Positions 29,704 through 38,573 of a stretch of DNA of 64,000 bases are shown piece by piece. This DNA is from an archaeon GW2011_AR20 (GTDB lineage Archaea > Nanobdellota > Nanobdellia > SCGC-AAA011-G17 > GW2011-AR20), in contig CP010426.1 in NCBI GenBank assembly GCA_000830315.1, positions 738,496-802,495 of the forward strand. The letters run 5' to 3'. The notes beneath the pieces were generated by a model. The model worked only from the letters and a program-made list of their open reading frames with translations, did no database searches and had not been told where the DNA came from. Positions within the stretch are counted from its first letter, which is position 1. Each line of letters begins with the position of its first letter. A program made the position numbers and the translations under genes.

Positions 29704-30549
29704 TCATTTTTTATTTTTACGTCTTTTACCTTTTTCTAAAGATTTCTTTTTTTTAAAAAATAAAACTAAAACTATGATTATTAATAAACCAGCTATTAAA
29801 GAATAAATAATTAATGGAGATAAACCCTTCGGATTTGTATAATCTGAAACATCAATTCTTAATAGTAATTCATTTGTTGGGTCATATATTTCTACATATT
29901 TTGCATTTTTAAAATAGGGTAAGTTTAAAACAAATACTTTCTCTTTTAAAGGTTCAGTCGTTTCTTCTGGAAAGAATATTTGATTTCCCTGTTCATCAAA
30001 CCAAGATGGATCTAAAGCATTTATGGGTGTTAATTCTATTGAAAATTTAAGGGAGTATAATTCTTGATTATCAAAAGAAATTATTTTAACCATATACCCT
30101 TCTGCTGGTTGATTTAACCTATCTGGTGGATTACCTTCTATTAATTTTATTCCTTCTTGAGTTATCTTACCATTATTGTATTTTAATGTTAAAGACAGTA
30201 CAACATTATTAACTAAATTATTTTTATATGCAGATTGATCATTCGTATTAGCTAGAGGCGGACTGGGATTGGTTGGATTGCTAGAACTTATAAAAGAATT
30301 ATCATTAGGAGGGGGGGTTAAAACACACTTACCACCTTCACAAGAACCAGAACCACAATCTTCAACTATTCTTGGACTTAATGTTGGGTTATTGCCATAA
30401 CAAATAATATCATTAACATAAACCTGTTTAATGGTTCCACAATAACGTTCTGAGGTTGAGGGAGTGCAGGTATTTTGTGCTGGTACATTAACAAAAGTAA
30501 AAGATAGAAATAATAAAATACAAATTATTATTACATATTTTTTATTCAT
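29704..30549 (-). CDS. Secreted Cys-rich protein with C-terminal membrane anchor (putative partner of the fusexin-M64 protein)
   Basis: Signal peptide, 6-Cys module, Pro/Ser/Asn linker, beta-rich domain, TM helix plus KKKK tail; starts 9 nt after the fusexin stop. Confidence 0.8.
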   Translation of the reverse strand: MNKKYVIIICILLFLSFTFVNVPAQNTCTPSTSERYCGTIKQVYVNDIICYGNNPTLSPRIVEDCGSGSCEGGKCVLTPPPNDNSFISSSNPTNPSPPLANTNDQSAYKNNLVNNVVLSLTLKYNNGKITQEGIKLIEGNPPDRLNQPAEGYMVKIISFDNQELYSLKFSIELTPINALDPSWFDEQGNQIFFPEETTEPLKEKVFVLNLPYFKNAKYVEIYDPTNELLLRIDVSDYTNPKGLSPLIIYSLIAGLLIIIVLVLFFKKKKSLEKGKRRKNKK

Positions 30550-30558
30550 ATTATTCTC

Positions 30559-32853
30559 CTAAGAGTATTTATTTAATACCTCTAATATTTTTCTTTCATT
30601 AACTGGATAATAAGTATCTTTTAATATCCAGTGTTTAAACATTATAGAGTTTTCGGTTGGTCTTATGTTACTATTGACGTAACTACATCCTTGAAAATAA
30701 GAAACACCATTATTGCCCTCTAGATTTCCCCACCATTTTTTTGCGGTTTCTATATCTGGGGCACAATTTGGTTCTCTCGGGGATTTTGGTTTTCCATCTT
30801 CGCTATATTCGTCTGCAAGGTATGCAAAGCCATGTCCAAATTCGTGTAAAATCAATCTGCCAGTGTCTTTGCTTAAAGAATTTCCAACTGAATTAAAACA
30901 AGGTGTTCCAAAATAACAGTAAGACCGATAATTATTTTTTGAAATTACTAAAGTATAATCAGCACTTGTACATTTTGAAGCTATTGAAACGGCGTCTTTA
31001 TAATTCGGTTTAGAATCTTGATAATTTATTTTGTCATCCGCTTTTATCATCCATATATTAAATTTATCTTTATTAGATTTAAATGGTTCTACTGACATCA
31101 AACCATTATAACCACTATTGCCATTATAATCTACTAATTTTAATATATGGTCTTTTAATTCGTCATTATTAAAATATCCATCTCCAACAAAGGCAATATC
31201 GGCTTTTTTGCTTGAATCTCCATTATCCAATATTTTTACACATTCACTTTTTTGTACACAAAGATTAATATCTAGATTACAATATCCAAATTCTCCACAT
31301 TGATTATCAGTTTCACATTGACCTTTAAGTTTGGTTAATAAATTGTATTTTTTACATTTAAAACCAGATTTTTCATCGCTTACAATACCATTTTCACATG
31401 TTTTAACTATCTCTAAAGCTGTTCCTTCTTTATCACATTTTTTAATAATGTTTCCATCTGCGAATACTTTATTTGGTACACAAGCTTTTGCCTCACCTAG
31501 TTCTAATGTTAAACTAAAACTGGTTTCTGAAGATGGATCATTAACATCATAAACCTTGACAGAACAGCTTTTTGATATATCTTTAGAAAGTGAACCCCCG
31601 CTAACTAAAATTGGGATTATATCAATATCACCCGCTTTTAATGTTTTTCTTGAACTTTGGCTAGTTGTTGTTTGAATAAATGGTTCACAATTTACTAATG
31701 TAGCTGAAAAAGTTCCCTCTGAATCACCAATATTTTGAACTTGAACATCAATGGTTCCTTGTTCACCACTTGCAAACTTGTCTGTATTAACACTTAATAT
31801 TTTTGGAGTACCTGAAGGAATAATTATACCAATCCAATCTGCTCTTATTCTAAAAACAATATTTGGTGATGTTAGACTTCTTTGTAATGTTACAGTAACT
31901 TTGCCCGTATTACTATCTTTATTAAATGGTGAAGATGTAAAAGAAGTATCTTCTGCTAATAAAGTATCTGTAGCCTGATTAACTTGGGTTAATAAATTAT
32001 TAATATTTTGGTCACCTTGATTAACATCAAAACCAGAAAAAAGGGTTTTAAATTGTGTTAATTGTGAATCTGTTACATCAATTTTTGGAAAATAAGATTC
32101 AAAAGTGGATTTTCTTGCAATTTGCCATGTATTTGAATCTAGTTTTTTTATAGCTACAAAATTATCTTGATTTGGGGCAGGTTCGCCTGTAACTAATGAA
32201 CCGCTCCAAGTTGCAACACCAACATCATCAAAATTTACAGAACTTCCATCACAACCAGAACTAGATCCAGAACATATTGTTTTTTCTTTAATTACATCTC
32301 CAACACTAAGTTTTATTTTAGCATTAAAACCAATGAGAGGGTTGTTATAAACTCCCTTTATCCCAACCTGTTCTTTTGTAATACAATATCTTTTTTTTGC
32401 AAATTGAAATAGAGATTTTCCTAAAGGGATATCCCAATTCGTCCCAGCTTGGCATGATGGAGGATCAGAAGTTATTATTCCCAAAAAATTTGGTTGCGCA
32501 TCAAAAGTTTGAAGTTTATATTTATATATTAAAATTCCTTCATTTATAATTTCATAAAAAGCATTTTCATTAACAGAATTTACTTCTATAGATAAGGGTT
32601 GTTTTGTATATAATTTATTACCCATAAAACTTTTAATTGTAGGGGGGTCTATTGTTCCAGTAATTGATTGTCCACCACCATTTAATTGTGTATTTATTAT
32701 CCAATATACAGTTACTGGATCAGTAGTTCTTGTAACAACAGAAGATGTAGAGACAGAAGTAACCGTAAATCCACTTGATTGTGCAAATACTACTTCGCTA
32801 AATATTATTAATATAAAACCAATTAAGATAGTAATAATTGCCTCTTTTTTCAT
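30559..32853 (-). CDS. fsx1: Archaeal fusexin (Fsx1, HAP2/GCS1 superfamily) ectodomain fused to an M64 zinc metallopeptidase
   Basis: YCxxK...NP..F.AK..L..GD, WSGSL..G...P, WQI..K.....Y, RIRADWIGIIIPSGTPKIL, GTI.V.V.NIGDSEGTFS..L..C, ISKSCSVKV and a 4-Cys domain IV (aa ~25-500); then DIAFVGDGY...EPF...FNIW...HEFGHGFAYLADEY (aa ~538-764). Confidence 0.85.
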   Translation of the reverse strand: MKKEAIITILIGFILIIFSEVVFAQSSGFTVTSVSTSSVVTRTTDPVTVYWIINTQLNGGGQSITGTIDPPTIKSFMGNKLYTKQPLSIEVNSVNENAFYEIINEGILIYKYKLQTFDAQPNFLGIITSDPPSCQAGTNWDIPLGKSLFQFAKKRYCITKEQVGIKGVYNNPLIGFNAKIKLSVGDVIKEKTICSGSSSGCDGSSVNFDDVGVATWSGSLVTGEPAPNQDNFVAIKKLDSNTWQIARKSTFESYFPKIDVTDSQLTQFKTLFSGFDVNQGDQNINNLLTQVNQATDTLLAEDTSFTSSPFNKDSNTGKVTVTLQRSLTSPNIVFRIRADWIGIIIPSGTPKILSVNTDKFASGEQGTIDVQVQNIGDSEGTFSATLVNCEPFIQTTTSQSSRKTLKAGDIDIIPILVSGGSLSKDISKSCSVKVYDVNDPSSETSFSLTLELGEAKACVPNKVFADGNIIKKCDKEGTALEIVKTCENGIVSDEKSGFKCKKYNLLTKLKGQCETDNQCGEFGYCNLDINLCVQKSECVKILDNGDSSKKADIAFVGDGYFNNDELKDHILKLVDYNGNSGYNGLMSVEPFKSNKDKFNIWMIKADDKINYQDSKPNYKDAVSIASKCTSADYTLVISKNNYRSYCYFGTPCFNSVGNSLSKDTGRLILHEFGHGFAYLADEYSEDGKPKSPREPNCAPDIETAKKWWGNLEGNNGVSYFQGCSYVNSNIRPTENSIMFKHWILKDTYYPVNERKILEVLNKYS

Positions 32854-32893
32854 TATTTAACCCCAAAATGCTAGAACTTATTAGAATTTAAAG

Positions 32894-33163
32894 CTAACTA
32901 TTCTTAGCAAGATCCTTTCCATAATTAGTTAATTCAATAGAGGTATAGGGTCTGCCATTTCTTGCATTTTTATTATGCTTGATTATATTTACAATTCTAA
33001 AAAATTCAAGTTCTTGGCAATGTCTTTTAATAGAATTATAACCTATATTTAATTTAGTTTCAAGTCTTCTTAAAGAGATTTCTTTTTCTTCTTTCAAAGC
33101 CTTAAGAATCCTTTTCTTAATCTCCAAACCAGAAAGATACTTCATGCTAATAAAAGATAGCAA
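32894..33163 (-). CDS. Winged-HTH transcriptional regulator (ArsR/MarR-like) upstream of fsx1
   Basis: ILKAL..SLRRLETKLNIGYNSIKRHCQEL...ELTNYG. Confidence 0.8.
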   Translation of the reverse strand: MLSFISMKYLSGLEIKKRILKALKEEKEISLRRLETKLNIGYNSIKRHCQELEFFRIVNIIKHNKNARNGRPYTSIELTNYGKDLAKNS

Positions 33164-33203
33164 GATTTATATATAGGAATGCCAACAATTGTAAGCAAGT
33201 AAA

Positions 33204-33800
33204 ATGGTAAAAAATAATAAATTATTAATTATCGTTATTCTATTAATTAGCTTAGTTTTTATTTCTGCATGTGACAACTTTGGTAAGGTTGATTTAAGCA
33301 ATCTTTCTGAAGGAGATGTTGATAAAGTGATAAAATGTGATAAACCATACATGAGATTTGCTAGTGGTTGCTGTTTAGACCAAAATGATAATAAAATATG
33401 CGATAATGATGAAAAAGAAATAGTTCAAAAATCTGCTGATAATGTAACTCAAAAAGTAGAAGAAACAACCGAAAGTTTAGATTGTTCTGAATTTATCTTA
33501 AGTGTAAGCGAGATAATATGGAATACGGGAACTCTAGAATTTGATGTAAATAATTTAGGAGATGGTAATTCTTTTATTCTAATAAAGGTATCACAACAAG
33601 GTGCGGATGATTTTACAAAGAAGCTTTATTTACAAGATCATAAAGTAACATTTAAAGAATTTTTTCCTCAGGGTATGGGAAATTATCCAAAAATGGATAA
33701 ACCAATAACAATAAGAGTTAATTTAATTGATGAAAATGAGAATCCTGTTTGTTCTCCAATTTTAGAAAGTTGGAGTAGAGAAACTGAGAGTTATCAATAA
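33204..33800 (+). CDS. Putative lipoprotein with CxxPY...CCLDxNxNxICD module
   Basis: Lipobox ISAC; Cys/Asp motif. Confidence 0.7.
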   Translation: MVKNNKLLIIVILLISLVFISACDNFGKVDLSNLSEGDVDKVIKCDKPYMRFASGCCLDQNDNKICDNDEKEIVQKSADNVTQKVEETTESLDCSEFILSVSEIIWNTGTLEFDVNNLGDGNSFILIKVSQQGADDFTKKLYLQDHKVTFKEFFPQGMGNYPKMDKPITIRVNLIDENENPVCSPILESWSRETESYQ

Positions 33801-33842
33801 TACAATTTAAGATAAGAGTTTTTATTTTTATGAAATATCAAA

Positions 33843-34529
33843 TCAGGACTGGTATTTCCTCTTAAGTATTTCCCTAGCGGTATCTTTACTTGTCTTTGGT
33901 AACTTTAAATTTAATTTATTGCCTGTTCTTTTTTCTTCTGTTTCTACAATCGTATTAAAGTGCTTGTCATATTTTTTTCTTAACTCAAAAATTAAGTCCT
34001 GCTTATCTATTTTCTTAATTAACTCTTCGTATTGCTTTTTTGTCATTAAGTCTTCTTCTGGTAATTGCTCTTTAATCTCTTCAACAGAATTTTTTAAATC
34101 TTTAAGCTGGACTTGTAACTCTTCAATATGTTTATTAAAATTAATTTTAGTTTTTATACTTTCAATCTCTTCTAGCTTTTCATCTCTTAAATTTTCTATC
34201 TCTGTAATATTAATATTCTCAATTTGTTTTTTTAATTCGGTTGCTTTGTCTAAAGATTTATTAACCTGCAACTTAAACTTATTTATTTCATTATCAAGCT
34301 GTTCTTGTAATGGCTCTAATTTTTCTTTGATATGTTCCTCTAAAGGTTGTTTAAATGGTATAACTAATTTATCAAAACCTTCTTGAGTTAAGTCGCCGAC
34401 ATTTATAATATATCTCTTTTTTAAAGCTAAAAATAAACTTATTACAGCAATAATTCCAAATATCCAAATTAAAATATCACTTGCCATTTTTCTTGTCCCC
34501 ATGCTTGCTAAAAGCTTTTTTATTTGCAT
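33843..34529 (-). CDS. Membrane-anchored coiled-coil protein
   Basis: N-terminal TM (likely start MASDILIW at 34487) followed by a long E/K/L/Q-rich heptad region. Confidence 0.7.
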   Translation of the reverse strand: MQIKKLLASMGTRKMASDILIWIFGIIAVISLFLALKKRYIINVGDLTQEGFDKLVIPFKQPLEEHIKEKLEPLQEQLDNEINKFKLQVNKSLDKATELKKQIENINITEIENLRDEKLEEIESIKTKINFNKHIEELQVQLKDLKNSVEEIKEQLPEEDLMTKKQYEELIKKIDKQDLIFELRKKYDKHFNTIVETEEKRTGNKLNLKLPKTSKDTAREILKRKYQS

Positions 34530-34746
34530 TAATTACTTCAAATGAATAATCCCTAAGTTGCTGGACTGCATATAAAATCCAGCTGGCTTGATTTATTGTA
34601 AAACTAATGTTAGGATTTTTCCAAACACCATTAATTTTATAGCCTCTCTTCAAGTTAATCTGAAGATAAGGATCTCCTTTTGGTGTTTGATTAAAGAATA
34701 AACTAGCTGATAGGTTTCCTTTTCTTAATGCTTTTATTGGTTTCAT
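34477..34746 (-). CDS. Small protein, possible PC4-like ssDNA-binding fold
   Basis: GNLSASLFFN...INLKRGYK..GVWKN..SF pattern. Confidence 0.5.
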   Translation of the reverse strand: MKPIKALRKGNLSASLFFNQTPKGDPYLQINLKRGYKINGVWKNPNISFTINQASWILYAVQQLRDYSFEVINANKKAFSKHGDKKNGK

Positions 34747-34860
34747 GCTATATATAGTAATATAAGTTATTATTATCTGTTTTAACAAACATCTAATAAT
34801 AATTATTTTCTCTGGCATTTAGTTTTAAACTAAATTTTATATTATATTCTCCCCTTACTT

Positions 34861-34998
34861 TTACTTTTTAATCCATAAGTAATATGCTCCTATTAATGCA
34901 AGTATTATGATTATAGCAAACAAAATCTTGCCTAAACCGATTAACAATTTAGTAAACCAGCTTACAGGCTTTATTATTGGTCTTGATATTTGCTCCAT
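34861..34998 (-). CDS. 45-aa single-TM membrane peptide (not in ORF track)
   Basis: MEQISRPIIKPVSWFTKLLIGLGKILFAIIIILALIGAYYLWIKK. Confidence 0.55.
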   Translation of the reverse strand: MEQISRPIIKPVSWFTKLLIGLGKILFAIIIILALIGAYYLWIKK

Positions 34999-35223
34999 TT
35001 TCTTTGCTCCTTCTTTTCTTGCCTGATTATTTTTCTTAATCTATTAAGTTTATGTTGCAACTTCTTTTACCTCACCAATTAAATCTATTATGGCTTATAT
35101 TTTTCCCTGCATATATTACATAAAGGGTATTGAACTATTTCGAACCCCATTAAGTTTGGTGTCCTTCTTGCTTCTAGCTTAACTAAATTGCTTATCGCTT
35201 CATTAATTTTGCAAAAGTAACAT

Positions 35224-35481
35224 TTATCTTGCATTTTGAACCTCTTGAGCTTTATTGGTAGTTTGATATTGGTTAGTTACATCTTCATCAGAAATATGGT
35301 TGCCTTGCGTTGTTATGGTTTGTTCTAGACGTTTTTTGTAGTTTTTATTATAGTCCTGCATGTAATTAGGGTTTCTTAGCTTAAAGTGTTTTAATTTACA
35401 TCTTTCGCTACAAAATATCTTATTTCTATATTGTTCGAAGTAGTCCCCACAATACCGGCACTTTCTATATAATTTAGTCAT
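35224..35481 (-). CDS. Small zinc-finger protein
   Basis: CRYC...FCSERC. Confidence 0.65.
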   Translation of the reverse strand: MTKLYRKCRYCGDYFEQYRNKIFCSERCKLKHFKLRNPNYMQDYNKNYKKRLEQTITTQGNHISDEDVTNQYQTTNKAQEVQNAR

Positions 35482-36964
35482 TTTTGACTCTCCCCGCAAT
35501 ATTTAAATGGGAAACATCCTTAACATCGTTAACAAGGTTAACATCATTCTCTTCATTTTCTTTGATTTGGTTAGGGTTGTTAAGGTTGTTAGGGTTCTTC
35601 TCCCATTTAAGGTTAAATTTTATACCCCTCCAACACTTAACACGCTGTTGTTTTCCTTCTATTATTAATGAAGGATAATAATCTTCTACTCTTAGAGATT
35701 TTTGTAATTCTCTATGAAAGGTGTTCTCTGGAAAAATAGGATAATTCATGCTTCTACAATAATCGCAGTAACTTGTATAAAGAGTCTTTTTCTGCTCATA
35801 ATCTTCAGGGGATGTTAAAATGCAATCCATAATAAATGTTCCAACACTATCAGACATTCTTGTATATTGTTCCCTAATCTCATTAATGGATTTAGAATTA
35901 CTAAAATCCCCCTGATCTAATAATCTTTTTAGCCCCCCAATTGCAAAATTAAGAAACCCGCTTAACTCTTCTTGTGATGTTAATTTAGTAAGTAATCTTT
36001 TATCTGCTTGGTTATTTAAAAACTGATTTGGAAATCTAATAATAACCCATCTTCTAAAAAATGCATCGCTATCGTCTGGGCTTCGTGGAATTCTATTACA
36101 ACTAAATATTTGCTTCGCATAATTATTAAAAAAGAATTGATCCTTAAACTTACGTTCACCTGGAATTAAATCTTCGCCAACTAACATTTTAAAAAATGAT
36201 GTATCTCGTAAGGCTCTATCTGGCAAATCTGCAAATAAGTTAGCTAATTTACCAAATAAACTTGATAACGCAAATCTGTTAATTTCTAGTTGTTGTAATG
36301 GGACCGCAGCACAATTTTTTTTACCTAGAAAACATTTTAATAAATTTATAAAAGTAGATTTGCCATTAGCCCCGCCACCTTCTAGCATAAAAGCTTTATG
36401 TATAAAATAATCTTTCAATAAACAATAACCAACAGCTTCTTGTAAAATAGATACATCACTTTCTGGAACAATCTCATTTAAGAATTTCTTAATTTTAATA
36501 CAATCTGCTTTCTCATCATATTTCACAGATAATTTGTTAAAAAATATAATTTCTGATGTATGTTCTTCAATTTTTAATTTATCTAAATTTAATACCCCAT
36601 TTTCCAAACATAGTTTATTTTTTGGTTCTTCAAGTTGCTCTCTTTTTCTGTAAGTGGTTCTTTTAATATGCCCAAGAATTTCATTAACAACATGAATAGA
36701 AGATAATTCTTCTAAAATTTCTTGTATGTTCCTGCTAATTACCTTTTCACCATTACCTTCATACACCCCGTTATTGTAAATAAAAATTTCATCTATATCA
36801 CTTATAGTTATAATCTTATAGTCTCTTAAAAAATATTGGGTTAGTTCAAAAATTCCTTCTTGTTTAGTTCCTCTTTCTAAAAATAAGTTTTTAATTTCAT
36901 CCAAACTTAAATTTTCTCTTTTTTCTGTTTTAGATTGTTTTAGTTCTCTCTCATATAATCCCAT
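35474..36964 (-). CDS. Superfamily 3 helicase (D5/P4 primase-helicase C-terminal type)
   Basis: D5_N-like LENGVLNL, Walker A GGGANGKS, FSCN motif C, AFFRRW. Confidence 0.92.
   Translation of the reverse strand: MGLYERELKQSKTEKRENLSLDEIKNLFLERGTKQEGIFELTQYFLRDYKIITISDIDEIFIYNNGVYEGNGEKVISRNIQEILEELSSIHVVNEILGHIKRTTYRKREQLEEPKNKLCLENGVLNLDKLKIEEHTSEIIFFNKLSVKYDEKADCIKIKKFLNEIVPESDVSILQEAVGYCLLKDYFIHKAFMLEGGGANGKSTFINLLKCFLGKKNCAAVPLQQLEINRFALSSLFGKLANLFADLPDRALRDTSFFKMLVGEDLIPGERKFKDQFFFNNYAKQIFSCNRIPRSPDDSDAFFRRWVIIRFPNQFLNNQADKRLLTKLTSQEELSGFLNFAIGGLKRLLDQGDFSNSKSINEIREQYTRMSDSVGTFIMDCILTSPEDYEQKKTLYTSYCDYCRSMNYPIFPENTFHRELQKSLRVEDYYPSLIIEGKQQRVKCWRGIKFNLKWEKNPNNLNNPNQIKENEENDVNLVNDVKDVSHLNIAGRVKND
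35512..35596. repeat. Two oppositely oriented 9-bp tandem arrays (putative iterons)
   Basis: AAACATCCT-TAACATCGT-TAACAAGGT-TAACATCAT (35512-35547) and GGTTAGGGT-TGTTAAGGT-TGTTAGGGT (35569-35595). Confidence 0.6.
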
Positions 36965-37388
36965 GTTTATTACTCCATTTTTCTATTTCTAATTTGTTTA
37001 AATGTAATTCTCCACGTCTTGCTTTCTTAATCCAACCCATTAACTCACCTATAGTTTTACCCTCACAATTATCAACTATACGCTGTAAAAGTTTTTTTTC
37101 CTTATCAATTTTTAACGCAACTAAAATCGGTGCAATATTTTTAAATACAACAGCATTACGTTCATAGCCATCAGGTATTTTATGGTTAAGCACATACTGC
37201 AAGAATGGGTCGCTTGTAGTAACTGGGTCTTGGTTTAAAATATTAAAACTTTCATTAGGCTTTTCATCTTGTAATTCTGCTTTTGCAACAACAGCTACTT
37301 CAGCTAAATCAAATAAATTTTTAGCGGTGTGCATGTCGAGATACCAAACCATATATTGCAACATCAGTTCTTTAGTTAACCAAGTCAT
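36951..37388 (-). CDS. Hypothetical protein coupled to the helicase (possible primase-associated helical domain)
   Basis: Overlaps the helicase start; no catalytic primase motif recognised. Confidence 0.6.
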   Translation of the reverse strand: MTWLTKELMLQYMVWYLDMHTAKNLFDLAEVAVVAKAELQDEKPNESFNILNQDPVTTSDPFLQYVLNHKIPDGYERNAVVFKNIAPILVALKIDKEKKLLQRIVDNCEGKTIGELMGWIKKARRGELHLNKLEIEKWSNKHGII

Positions 37389-37579
37389 TTCTGCTGCACC
37401 TCTTGTATTTCTGATATAGAATTTAAATTAAGATAAACAACTTTACCGAATTTATCTAGGATTTTTACAGAATTTTCATTAACTTCTAAAATTAAGCCAT
37501 GATAAAAAATAGTTTGATTACCAACACTTAAAACAAATCTACATTTTTTATTTTTTAGTTCGTTTGCTATCTCTTTCAT
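37385..37579 (-). CDS. Small Sm/LSm-like fold protein
   Basis: YHGLILEVNENSVKILDKFGKVVYLNLNSISEI pattern. Confidence 0.55.
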   Translation of the reverse strand: MKEIANELKNKKCRFVLSVGNQTIFYHGLILEVNENSVKILDKFGKVVYLNLNSISEIQEVQQK

Positions 37580-37748
37580 TCAGCTTAACCTCGTTCATAA
37601 TTTTATCATAAATCTTATTATAAGTTTTAACAAAATATTTATCAAAGTCATTTAAAGAATTAAATTCTTGCTCGTTCAAATCAATGCGTTCTAACATATA
37701 GAAGTGGTTTACCTACCTTTTATAAATTAAATTATTAAAAAATAATAC

Positions 37749-38528
37749 TTAAATGCCAAAACCAGACTTATTTGTATTCCAAGAAATATCTTTAATATAA
37801 TCTTCTATAACAATATAATTATTTTTTTCTAATATAATTGTAGTGTTTCTCATATCTATATTTTCTTCTTTATATTTATAATAAGTTAAAAAATCATTTA
37901 ATTTTATTCCTAAAGCTTTTTCTATTTCTTCATCATTAAGTTTGATTATATTTCTAGCAGGTCTACCTCTTTCACCAATATATTTTTTATCATCATCTAT
38001 ATCTATTTTAATTATATTTTTTTCTTTAAATCTATTTAATCTATTTTGAAAATCATTTGGGCTTCTGAATAATTCTAATATTTTTAATTCTTCCTTTAAA
38101 TCTTTTTGTAAAATTTCTCCATTCTTACTCACATTTCTTAATATATTTAAAAATTGGATATCCCTTTCCTTTAGTCCTGCTTCATTCCAGTTAAGTAATG
38201 CTTTATTTATAGTAGAAATTAATTTTTCTATAGCTGTAATTATAAAATAAAATTTAAGATAAGTTTGTATTTTGGCCATAAAGTCTTTTTTCTCTTTATT
38301 ATTAAATTTAGAAACATTAGAAAAATATTTATCCCAAAAATCTCTATGAGATAACCCCAATATAATTCTATTTACATCTAGACTAGTAATAGAGATTGGT
38401 TCATCATTTTCATTTACTACAGCATATTTACCATCATTAGTTTTAAAGATAGTTAATTTTCTTATTTTTTCAATAGCTTGATTAAATAATAACTTTCTAT
38501 TTTCAGATGTATCTTCAATTTTATTCAT
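37749..38528 (-). CDS. Hypothetical protein with probable winged-HTH region
   Basis: ILQKDLKEEL...FQNRLNRFKEKNII...RGRPARNII. Confidence 0.55.
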   Translation of the reverse strand: MNKIEDTSENRKLLFNQAIEKIRKLTIFKTNDGKYAVVNENDEPISITSLDVNRIILGLSHRDFWDKYFSNVSKFNNKEKKDFMAKIQTYLKFYFIITAIEKLISTINKALLNWNEAGLKERDIQFLNILRNVSKNGEILQKDLKEELKILELFRSPNDFQNRLNRFKEKNIIKIDIDDDKKYIGERGRPARNIIKLNDEEIEKALGIKLNDFLTYYKYKEENIDMRNTTIILEKNNYIVIEDYIKDISWNTNKSGFGI

Positions 38529-38573
38529 TCTCTCGCTCGTTCTAATTTCGGACTATCCTAACCTAGAATAGAT

